DNA from: Oikopleura dioica
Lineage: Eukaryota; Animalia; Chordata
Length of the DNA: 64,000 bases
Direction: 5' to 3'
Assembly (NCBI GenBank): GCA_907165135.1
Contig: OU015569.1
Span: forward strand, 6,324,001 to 6,388,000
Below the pieces are notes generated by a model. That model was not told the origin of the DNA, did no database searches, and saw only the letters and a program-made list of their open reading frames with translations. The translations under genes were made by a program, and so were the position numbers. Shown piece by piece: positions 13,454 through 22,590 of this stretch; the stretch's first letter is position 1; every line of letters starts with the position of its first letter.

Positions 13454-14592
13454 AAGACCTGAACAATCGGTACCGTCTTCCTGGCGAGTCTTCTCGCCGA
13501 TCTCAAATTAGTCAGGTAATTGTTATTTGCGGAAATATTACATTTTTACACACGTCTAAGGTTCGACAAATTCACGTGCAGCCAAGTGCCCCACTTGCCC
13601 CATCGTATCCAGGAAAGGTTAAGTTGCTTAACTGATCTTGTATGTTAATGTGATTTAATCGCATACGATGCATATTGAAAGTGGCTTTAACGCGAAAGAG
13701 AATTTTTAGCCGAATCTTCTCCAAACTTGGAACTCTTCGAAAAGATATCGGATTCAAAGATTAATACACAAATAGCTAAAGCGGGAAAGGGGAATTCGGA
13801 TCCATATTGAGGGAGAAGATCGCCAGACAGAAGTCTGGAACGAGCTGGCCGCAGATGGTGATCCCCGTAAGAATGCTAAGCAGCGTCGGAAAACTGTTCC
13901 GAATATCGGAACTCAACTCAAAAGCTTGAGGAAAGCTTTAAGACACCCTCGTCACCTTGATGAGGCTGGAAAAGATAAACGAAGAAGAAAGTCGATGATC
14001 TGGCTTCTATTGGGGATGCTCCTCTTACTCTTTTTATTAATAGCGCTTGTGACCTTGATTCTCACAAACTTACGCAGAATGTAATTATCGCCATTTAGAG
14101 CAAGAAGAATATTGAAATCTGGTTTTAAGAACAGGAAGCCGTGAGACGGTTTCTCTCTCTGGAACCGCTCAAACTCCAGCCTCACAGACAACCGTTGGAG
14201 ATTTGACGCCATCAATTGCCGCCTCAACGCAGGAAATGAGAATAAGTTGACGTCGTATTATAGTTTTTTAATAATCATTTTGGACTGTAACGATTTTATT
14301 CCTATGGAGACACCATTCTTGGGAAACACGTGTCTAAACAAAGAAGACTGTTGCGGGAATGTAAATTGCCAGACACTGCAGCCAGGCTATTGTGGGTGAG
14401 GAATGATATGTGTTGCACATTGTATGGATGCTTTTAGGAACTTGACCGAAATATGGTGTTGTGGGTTTAATTTGATCACGTGTTTCTGCAACGGGGCGAG
14501 GTATATTCCTGGCAAGAGGCCGTTCTTACGCGTTTGCTATTTTGAGCTGTTTCTTTAGTCCGTTCTGCCCCCTCTCGCGCCCAACTTGTCCA
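13454..14592 (+). CDS. Putative single-pass membrane protein gene with Cys-rich downstream exons (both ends uncertain)
   Basis: Exon 13454-13515 splices in phase to a long open exon at ~13776-14080 with a basic stretch followed by a TM helix (RRRKSMIWLLLGMLLLLFLLIALVTLIL). Further Cys-rich segments follow (CLNKEDCCGNVNC; WCCGFNLITCFC). Confidence 0.45.
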
Positions 14593-14634
14593 GTATAGAG
14601 TTCACAACAATTCCATGCAACTGAACATTAATAG

Positions 14635-14865
14635 TGTGAGGTCTAAGTGCTTAAGTCGGTTAGAGATCTGATCAGGATCTCGCGCCGCGCTCTTCTCTGC
14701 CACTTTTACTCACTGCTTCAGTCCGCGCACAGTAAAAGTGCAGAATACACGCTTTTTCGGAAACTACCTTTCCTCGTGTTTTATTGAAGATACAGTAGAG
14801 GCTACGACTAGCTGCAAGAGAACCGTCTAGTATAGAGAGCATACAGCAGTACTTAGACGCTTACA
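14635..14865 (+). repeat. 5' LTR (231 bp)
   Basis: TGTGAGGTCTAAG...GACGCTTACA; I found no difference from 21023-21253 by eye. Confidence 0.97.
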
Positions 14866-14867
14866 TC

Positions 14868-14874
14868 TGGTGAC
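14868..14874 (+). promoter_or_regulatory. Primer-binding site, short match to a tRNA 3' end (TGGTGAC, tRNA-Trp-like)
   Basis: TGGTGAC lies 2 nt after the 5' LTR and is complementary to ...GUCACCA. Only 7 nt match the canonical tRNA-Trp end that I recall. Confidence 0.55.
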
Positions 14875-15414
14875 AATACGCTAAGCTTCTTCTTCACTGG
14901 ACTCTTCCGAACCCAACGTTCGCCCTCATCACCGGCACTTCCCGCTGCAAAGCTAGAAGTGTTATTAAACTTGGTTCGACCACTCGCCAAGTCGATCGAG
15001 CGATCTTTCGCCGTTCCCGTGTTCGATAAACCGCTGGAGCTCGTAAATCAAGTCGCGTCCCCGCGCCGCACAGTAACCCTTCTGTGCGCTCTAACGAGGT
15101 CAGTCAAAGTTGTCAAACCCTAACTGCCGCATTTATCGCCGCAACACCGTGGAACTCGTCTCCGACCGCGCCTGAATTGCTCATTTTTTCGCCGCCGGCC
15201 ACCTGGAACACACACACTACGTGAAAAAGTCGCCACGTGCGCCGCTCAAGGAAAACTCCAGTTACTTGAGCGCTCCGTAAAGGTACAATTTCTTCGTTGT
15301 GAACCCTTTACCGCAAATTCCGTTACGCCGCGCCGCCGATTTTGATCAGTCCCGCCAACGAAACCCCGCGAACTTCGCCGATCCATATCTCCAACGACAT
15401 CTCGGCCCGCCAAA

Positions 15415-16650
15415 ATGTCTTCTACCAGCGCCTGTTACGCGCTCAACCTCTCCGAAGATCAAATCAACTCGTGCACCTGCATCACCATGTTGACCAACTT
15501 CTTGTCCGATATCATGGATTATACTATGGAGCTTGCATCGGATCCAACCGAACTCTCAAGCTACACTGACCGGATCAACGCACGCAAAAAGCTGATCAGT
15601 GCCCGAATTGTTGCCTTGTCGAAGTCAGGATCTTCTGCTCAGTCCACTGGAATCTCTCGAACTCGCCAAATCGAGATCCAGAATTGTTTGGACAAGCTCG
15701 AAGTCCATGATTTCTCCACTGGTTCCGACGCAGAGCAGTTCATTTCTACGCTCCGAACGGCCAGAACCGACCACGTCGCCACTCTTCCAAAGGCTCATCA
15801 AGCCGAGGGCGATGAAATTTTGGCTCGCACTGCCAAGAAGTTCTTGGCCAACGATGTCAAGGTCACTTTTCAGCGACTTGGCCTCGAGACCCGGACCATC
15901 GAACAGCTGATATCCGCCATTGAAGACAACTTCAGTAGCAAGCTGTCGATCTTTCAGGAGCTCCGCAAGCCGCACGATGTCACTTTCGACGCCTCCAAAG
16001 GCCTAGGCGCCTACTTCAATGAACTTCAGGAGGCCTCTAGACACAGCTTTCGACAAGTCGAGCGCATGGCTCGTCGAAAAGCCGCCGAATCCGCCAAAAC
16101 AGCTTCCGTCAAGGAAGAACCTGAGGTTTCCATAGTTGCCGAGGAGTCCACAAAAGCCGCTGATGGCGAAGCTATTACAGCTTCTGAGCTCAACGATCTC
16201 TACGCCGCCACGCTGGGTTACCTCACTGTTTGCCGCGCCTACCCAAATGTCGGAGTTCGACTCTGCGACACAATCGACGAGTGCTCCAACGCCCAGGACG
16301 TGTTTGTGAAGGCGAAAACTCTACTTGACCGTCTCCCAAGCAGCGTCACTTCCGAAGAATCTGTCGCCCTCGCTGGCAAGACCTTCGAAAAGACCTCTCA
16401 GCCCAACGACGAGATCGCAGCGATGCAGAAATGCATCAGAACCCTTACTGACAAGGTCAACGCGATCTCTAAAGCCGTCGTCCCCGCTAAGGACAATAAC
16501 AAGTCCAACGGAAAAGGAGGCCAGGGCCACGGGCGCAACAAAAAAGGCAAAAACAACAACGGCAACAAGTCCAACAACAACCAGTCCGAATCCAAAGCCG
16601 GATGCGCTGCTACGAAGGATACCGACTCGCTTTTTCGCATCGAGAGTTAG
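15415..16650 (+). CDS. gag: Gag (411 aa), no CCHC knuckle, Asn/Lys/Gly-rich basic C-terminus
   Basis: First long ORF after the 5' LTR, directly upstream of the protease ORF. Confidence 0.85.
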   Translation: MSSTSACYALNLSEDQINSCTCITMLTNFLSDIMDYTMELASDPTELSSYTDRINARKKLISARIVALSKSGSSAQSTGISRTRQIEIQNCLDKLEVHDFSTGSDAEQFISTLRTARTDHVATLPKAHQAEGDEILARTAKKFLANDVKVTFQRLGLETRTIEQLISAIEDNFSSKLSIFQELRKPHDVTFDASKGLGAYFNELQEASRHSFRQVERMARRKAAESAKTASVKEEPEVSIVAEESTKAADGEAITASELNDLYAATLGYLTVCRAYPNVGVRLCDTIDECSNAQDVFVKAKTLLDRLPSSVTSEESVALAGKTFEKTSQPNDEIAAMQKCIRTLTDKVNAISKAVVPAKDNNKSNGKGGQGHGRNKKGKNNNGNKSNNNQSESKAGCAATKDTDSLFRIES

Positions 16651-17738
16651 ATCGGCGCAGCTCTGACTCTCCTCTCATTTCCTCCGCGCAACTCACCTTC
16701 TCCAAACCCTCCAGACCCTGGTACGCTGACTTCACTGTCACCCTCGCCGGACATACTTTCACCGTCAAAAACGGCATGTTCGACACTGGCGCCGACGATG
16801 TAATACTGCCAAAACGGCTCATCCCTGATGAACTTTTGAAGCAACTGCAGAGCTCAAAGTTCACCGTCACTGGCGTCAACTCCGAAACCAAGGCCTTAGG
16901 CGAGTTCCGCACCACTATCAATTTCAGCGGTATAAAATTCGCTGGAATCCGCATTCTAGTTACAGATGGCCACAACGCGCCGCCGCTCATCGGCAGAACT
17001 GTCACCGATCACGCCACAAACGTCTCCTTTGGTAGAACTGGTACCAAAGTCATCTTTCAACGACGAGATAGCCCTGGAGCAGAAATCTACACACAGGCAC
17101 TCGAAATCAAGTCGTACGCTAGTGATCCTTGGAATGCACCTCAGATCGACCCTGGCATCTCCAGTAGCGCAGATTTTCGTAGTTATGCTGACGCTCTTCG
17201 ATCTGATCCTCCTCAAGCTGCTCAAAGCCAGCCCAAACCCTCTGCTCCAGGCCCCAACGCCTCTACTTCGGACCTTCTGAGCTACTTGCGAAGCCAGAAA
17301 GAGCTCGACCTTCCAGCCAACTACCACAACAAAAGCGAACTTCATGAACTCGCCCTTCGTTGTGTCCAGTATGAAGATGTTTTTGGAAGTTCTACTGACG
17401 AGCTTGGCCTGTTTTACCGACCCGTCCGAATTCCGACAAACGGCGAATCTGTCAGCCGCAAGCAACACCAGATTCCAGTCAACTTTAGAGGCTCAATGGA
17501 CAAGCACGTCCAAGAAATGCTCGATACTGGCGTCACTGAGCTCTGCTCTGATCCACGTGGATTCAACTCGCCGCTGTTCTGCGTCCCTAAAAGGATGGCT
17601 CCGCACGCCCTGTGGCCAACTTCAAGAACACGCTCAACCGAGTCCTTGTCGATCCCGACCCGTATCACATGCCCAACTTGCGCGAACTCTTCAACGAAAT
17701 GCGCCCGGGCTACAAGTATCTTGCCGGCCTCGATTTGA
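16602..17738 (+). CDS. pol: Aspartic protease plus N-terminal RT segment (-1 frame relative to gag)
   Basis: MFDTGADD active site; ...GFNSPLFCVPK (start of RT motif) near 17590. Confidence 0.9.
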   Translation: MRCYEGYRLAFSHRELDRRSSDSPLISSAQLTFSKPSRPWYADFTVTLAGHTFTVKNGMFDTGADDVILPKRLIPDELLKQLQSSKFTVTGVNSETKALGEFRTTINFSGIKFAGIRILVTDGHNAPPLIGRTVTDHATNVSFGRTGTKVIFQRRDSPGAEIYTQALEIKSYASDPWNAPQIDPGISSSADFRSYADALRSDPPQAAQSQPKPSAPGPNASTSDLLSYLRSQKELDLPANYHNKSELHELALRCVQYEDVFGSSTDELGLFYRPVRIPTNGESVSRKQHQIPVNFRGSMDKHVQEMLDTGVTELCSDPRGFNSPLFCVPKRMAPHALWPTSRTRSTESLSIPTRITCPTCANSSTKCARATSILPASI

Positions 17739-20700
17739 AGAGTGGCTATTGGCAAGTGGAGATCCACCCCGACGACAGGCACAAAACTGCCTTTTCATGG
17801 AACGGTCGCACCTTCCAATATCGTCGGCTCCCGTTTGGCCTCGCCACCGCGGGCCAAATATTTTCAAGGTGCGTTGGCGAGGCCCTAGAATCTCTCCCCG
17901 ACACTTCCGGCATTTTCTGCTACATCGACGACGTCTTGGTGGCAGCCAAATCCTTCTCCGACTACCTGGCGAAGCTTACTAGCCTGTTTGAAGCCGCCAG
18001 AAGATTTGGACTGCGTCTACACCCGAAGAAGTGCGAGTTTTTGGCGCCCCAGGTGAAATTCTTGGGTAGAATCGTCTCGCCTAAGGGGATGTCGGTGGAC
18101 CCAGAATACGTCGCTGGAGTTGATGCCTTCGTTCAACCCACAAATCGCACCGAACTACGCGCACTTCTCGGCAAGCTCACTTTCATCCGGGAATTCCTCG
18201 AAACTCGAATGTCCGAGCGGATGGACACAAGTTGCTTCTCGCAGCTCGTATTCCAGCTGAACCAGCTCAACAAGGATGGCGATTTCACGTGGACCACCAA
18301 AGCCCAGGAGGCTTTTGAGCGCGTGAAAAAGCGGCTCCGTACAAGCCCAGTCATCTCCTTTCCTGATCCCTCGCTCGACTTTCTACTCTGCACCGATGCT
18401 TCCGCAGTTGCCGTCGGCGCCGTCTTACTTCAACAGCAAGATGGATTCGACAGAATCGTCGGCGTCGCTTCACAAACCCTCACTTCCGTCGAGCAGCGCT
18501 GGAGCTGCACGGAACGCGAGGCCTACGGCATTCTGTTTGGCGTCCGCAGATTTCAGTACTTCCTACGCGGCAAGCCCTTTGTGGTGAAAACCGACCATCG
18601 AGCCCTCCAATATATCGACTCGGTCGACCACAAAAACGCGAAATTGGCTCGCTGGATGGACGAACTGAGCGCGTACAGGTTTATCGTCGAGTATCTCCCT
18701 GGCGAGCAAAATGTCTGGGCAGATCTCTTCTCGCGGCCCTTTGGCGTCAAAAAGGACCCTCCGTCTGACAATCAGAAGTCAGCCGGTAAATTTGTCGACT
18801 TCGGTGGCCTTCGCGCTTACATCCCCAGCTGGTGTACTAAGGATACCGTGATCCCGCCGAAATCTCCTCCCTCGAAATCGCTCCGCGAAGGTCTCACTCG
18901 CGCACTTACATGCTCCACTGGCGACGAGTTCACCCTCAACCAGAACGTCGAAGATCTACTTCAACTTGCTAATGCCCAGCGCGCCGACTCGGGCTTGGCG
19001 AAGCTCATTGATGCTCTTGAGAAGCACAAACGCGACCCAAAGCAAGTTCAACTCGACAAGCGCGATTCTAACTACGAATTGTATCGCGTGAACTGGCAGC
19101 ATTTCCGCATTTGTTCCCGTACGAATGTACTTCTCCACGTGCGCAATGGTAAAAAGCGCCAAGTTTTACCTCCTAAACTCGCGATCGAGCAACTTCGAAA
19201 AGCTCATGACAACTCCGCTCACCCTGGTGTACCTCGAGTAATTGAATCCCTCAGCAGCTACTGGTGGCCTCGCTATCAAGAAGATGCACAAAATTACGTG
19301 CAGAGCTGCGTGATTTGCGCGAAGCGCAAAGGTAACCAAGGGCAAGTGGCTCTACCTCAAATGCAACATGTCCCCCGCGGCTCTAAGCCCTTCGAAACGA
19401 TCATGATCGACTTCACCGTCTTCCCCAACTGTGCTGGCAAACGCTTCTGCTGCACCGTGCTCGACACATTCACGCGATATTTCGTCGCTCGAGCTTGCAC
19501 TGGGGAGCGAGCGATCGATGCTGCACGCACAATCGTCGAAGAAGTGGTTCTCCGGCATCAAGTTGTGCCCAAAATCGTCAGTTCTGACCGTGGTACCGCA
19601 TTCGTCTCTGCTACTATGAAAGAACTCTACTCACAACTTGGTATCACGCCTCAGTACCACACCGCTTACCGCCCCGAATCTACTGGTAATCTTGAAAGGT
19701 CACACAGAACCTTCAAGGACATGATTTTCATGTTGACTCATGAGCGAAACATGACTTGGGTTGATGCTGTCCCTTACTGCGTCGCCTTCATGAACTCTCA
19801 CAGGAACAGGTCTACTGGTCAGGTACCTCATACTCTCGTTACTGGCCGTCGTCCTAACTTCACAGTTCCTGAAACTCTACATGACCCCGATGTACGCTCT
19901 AACTCGCCTGAATCTTACGGCAAAATCGTCAGAAAGCGGATTCAAATGCTCTCGAAATTGGCGAAAATCGCCAACCGCTCCGCTGACCTGGCTCTAGAAC
20001 GCCAGCATAAGCGTCTTCATCGTGCTCGCCTTCTTAAAAACGGCGATATGGTTCATCTCTACAGGCCCGTCACTAAGGCTGCCAAGGACTCCAATTGTAA
20101 CTGGATAGGCCCTTATAAAGTCGTTAAAGCCTCCGAATCTGTCGTGAAAATCGTCGACGGAGCCGACTTTTGTGACTGGGTTCACCGATCTCATCTGCGT
20201 CTCGTGCCACCGCGCAAAGATCATCTTAAATCTCCCTCCGACCGGGCTCTAGAACAAGAGCTCATCTGTGGCGATGATCTTGATTCTCCTCAAAATCGAC
20301 CGGTCGGCGCTTCGGGTTCATATTCTGAACCTCTAGCAAAACTACCAAAGGTTGGGAGGCCGGCTGCTGAAAAGCAAAAAACAACCTCTGGCAAGTCTAC
20401 TAGAAAAAAGAGGAAAAGGGCGAGTCCCGACTCGTCACCTGATCCGAAGCGTCAAAATACTGCTTCAATTCCTCCCTCGACTGCTAGAAATTCGACCGCG
20501 CCCGCCCCATCAACGTCAACTTCAACTACGCCTCGCTCGACCGACTTGGTAGAAAATGATGTTCAAGATTTACCTGTTGAGACGACTTCTGCTCCTCGTT
20601 GTAGTGCGGCAGACTCTCTAAATGGGCATCATTTGTCTTCTTCGTCAGCTGATCTTTCTCCTATCTTCGAAAATCTCACCGTCCGTGGCGGTCGGATCAG

Positions 20701-20752
20701 GAAAAAACCTTCTCCGATACAAGTTGATCCAACTCGCAAGAGTTACTCGTAG
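17591..20752 (+). CDS. pol: RT-RNase H-integrase (-1 frame relative to the protease ORF)
   Basis: LDLKSGYWQ, RLPFGL, YIDD; RNase H TDAS/TERE/TDH/ADLFSR; integrase HHCC (HDNSAH...CVIC), D-D-E (MIDF, SDRG, LERSH) and GPY motif; Ser/Pro/Thr-rich tail. Confidence 0.95.
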   Translation, partial: KDGSARPVANFKNTLNRVLVDPDPYHMPNLRELFNEMRPGYKYLAGLDLKSGYWQVEIHPDDRHKTAFSWNGRTFQYRRLPFGLATAGQIFSRCVGEALESLPDTSGIFCYIDDVLVAAKSFSDYLAKLTSLFEAARRFGLRLHPKKCEFLAPQVKFLGRIVSPKGMSVDPEYVAGVDAFVQPTNRTELRALLGKLTFIREFLETRMSERMDTSCFSQLVFQLNQLNKDGDFTWTTKAQEAFERVKKRLRTSPVISFPDPSLDFLLCTDASAVAVGAVLLQQQDGFDRIVGVASQTLTSVEQRWSCTEREAYGILFGVRRFQYFLRGKPFVVKTDHRALQYIDSVDHKNAKLARWMDELSAYRFIVEYLPGEQNVWADLFSRPFGVKKDPPSDNQKSAGKFVDFGGLRAYIPSWCTKDTVIPPKSPPSKSLREGLTRALTCSTGDEFTLNQNVEDLLQLANAQRADSGLAKLIDALEKHKRDPKQVQLDKRDSNYELYRVNWQHFRICSRTNVLLHVRNGKKRQVLPPKLAIEQLRKAHDNSAHPGVPRVIESLSSYWWPRYQEDAQNYVQSCVICAKRKGNQGQVALPQMQHVPRGSKPFETIMIDFTVFPNCAGKRFCCTVLDTFTRYFVARACTGERAIDAARTIVEEVVLRHQVVPKIVSSDRGTAFVSATMKELYSQLGITPQYHTAYRPESTGNLERSHRTFKDMIFMLTHERNMTWVDAVPYCVAFMNSHRNRSTGQVPHTLVTGRRPNFTVPETLHDPDVRSNSPESYGKIVRKRIQMLSKLAKIANRSADLALERQHKRLHRARLLKNGDMVHLYRPVTKAAKDSNCNWIGPYKVVKASESVVKIVDGADFCDWVHRSHLRLVPPRKDHLKSPSDRALEQELICGDDLDSPQNRPVGASGSYSEPLAKLPKVGRPAAEKQKTTSGKSTRKKRKRASPDSSPDPKRQNTASIPPSTARNSTAPAPSTSTSTTPRSTDLVENDVQDLPVETTSAPRCSAADSLNGHHLSSSSADLSPIFENLTVRGGRIRKKPSPIQVDPTRKSYS

Positions 20753-21015
20753 AAAGGAGAAGTTTTCTTCAAAAGAAAACTCGTCTCGCGCGAGTCTACC
20801 TTTTCTCGCGCTCTGATTGGCTGTCGCTGTCCGGAAATGGTTCGATCTTCGTCCGACATTTCTCGACTTTTCGTCTCTACGCTGGTGCAATTCCGACGCC
20901 GCGCTGTGCTGATTGGCCGCCTTTCCTTTCTCCTTTCCCTTCTGCTCAACTACGATGACTCATCTCTCCGACTTCAACTCTTCAACTGAAGATTCTCGAA
21001 ACGTCTCTAGAATCT

Positions 21016-21021
21016 GGGGAG
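21016..21021 (+). promoter_or_regulatory. Short polypurine tract (GGGGAG)
   Basis: Purine run ending 1 nt before the 3' LTR. Confidence 0.6.
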
Positions 21022-21022
21022 C

Positions 21023-21253
21023 TGTGAGGTCTAAGTGCTTAAGTCGGTTAGAGATCTGATCAGGATCTCGCGCCGCGCTCTTCTCTGCCACTTTTACTCA
21101 CTGCTTCAGTCCGCGCACAGTAAAAGTGCAGAATACACGCTTTTTCGGAAACTACCTTTCCTCGTGTTTTATTGAAGATACAGTAGAGGCTACGACTAGC
21201 TGCAAGAGAACCGTCTAGTATAGAGAGCATACAGCAGTACTTAGACGCTTACA
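21023..21253 (+). repeat. 3' LTR (231 bp)
   Basis: Direct repeat of 14635-14865, followed by the AATAG TSD. Confidence 0.97.
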
Positions 21254-22590
21254 AATAGCAATTTTAACTCGGCAATCTGAACTCTCTCTAAAGCTGGAAC
21301 GACCCTGGTTCCTCTCTATCGCGCTGTGAGGTGAGTGGCTGGTCATTTCCATGTCCAAATTTATAATTCGCGAATTCGCTGCACTCGTGGCTTATTCACC
21401 AAATTACAAACAACTGCCAAATTCAGCTAATTAAAAAATTACTCGTGCGCGCAACTTGAAACACTTAAACTTCAGCAACCAAGTCGGTGGACGGGGAAAC
21501 TCCTTCCTACAAATATGCGACGGCGCCACCAACTTTCAATGCCCAGGTTTAATGATTTATCCTCTGATCATCCTGACTAATAATCCTTTAGACGAGTGGG
21601 ATTGTCAATAACACAGTTGAAAGCAGTTCTTTGCGCTTTTTAATAAACTTCTCAACGCGCGTTCTAAAATTCTCGAGTCTGAAAAAGATAGACTTCAGCC
21701 TCGCCGTGCGAAAATATTTCTTTAGCTCTGGCGAGAGAGCCCGCATCAAAAACCCCCTTAAGATTTGAACTTCTCGGTAAATACGTTACGTGGCCACGGG
21801 CTGATCTCCAAGATTTTATAATGGTCAGAATAAAAATCGACAAAACCGTTCGAAGAACGCCGAAAATTGGCGTCGACACCCTTAAGTTAATAACTCTTGA
21901 AATACACTTATACGTCGATCACTCTTACTTTTCCACGCGATAGTCAATTTTATCTTAATTCCCTTTCTACCATATGTGCGCAGCACCTTATCTTAAGAAA
22001 CAGTTTCTAAAAAACACAACAGAAATTTAAAATGCGCTTTACAAACATGCCACGCCATAACAGGTAAATTATCGAATCTCAACGCGAATTGAGTTTGTTC
22101 GAACTTGAACCGATTAAGCTAGTTTAGCATCTTTAGATGGAGCAACTTGCTTCTCTTGACGATTTAAAAAAAAAGAACATTGCAACGTTGTTTCTTTCAC
22201 CGACATTTTTGTGGAATGCTTCTATGTTAATAAGGGAGATCTTATCGTTAGGTCCCCTGAAACCCTGAATTTTGGTTATATAATTTGTTAAACGCTCGTT
22301 TCAATCATTTATTAGAGAGAAAATATGCTCCGGATAACAAGACGGAAATGGAGTCCAGTCAATTGTGGTCGCGACTAGACATTTTCAAGTGCATGTTTCG
22401 TTCCTACGTGGCTGCTTAAGAATTTCATTTGCTAATCATTTTCTCCTTCGCCAGAAAAAGTAATCAACGTGAGAGAAACTAACTGACAACTATGCGCCTT
22501 GATTTTTCGATGCTCAAAATTTGTGTTAGAGCTCCTTTCCCACGTTCGAATCAGACGATTAAATGGTTCAACAGAGATTCTATATTTCTC

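Larger units (their letters stand above)
14635..21253 (+). mobile_element. Full-length Ty3/gypsy (Tor-like) LTR retrotransposon, 6,619 bp, no env ORF
   Basis: TG...CA LTRs of 231 bp, AATAG target-site duplication (14630-14634 and 21254-21258), PBS, PPT, and gag-PR-RT-RH-IN order. Confidence 0.97.

Noticed and set aside
15599-19619. Many overlapping or antisense ORFs within gag/pol
   Set aside because: Expected shadow ORFs of GC-rich coding sequence; no motifs, no env-like TM or signal peptide.
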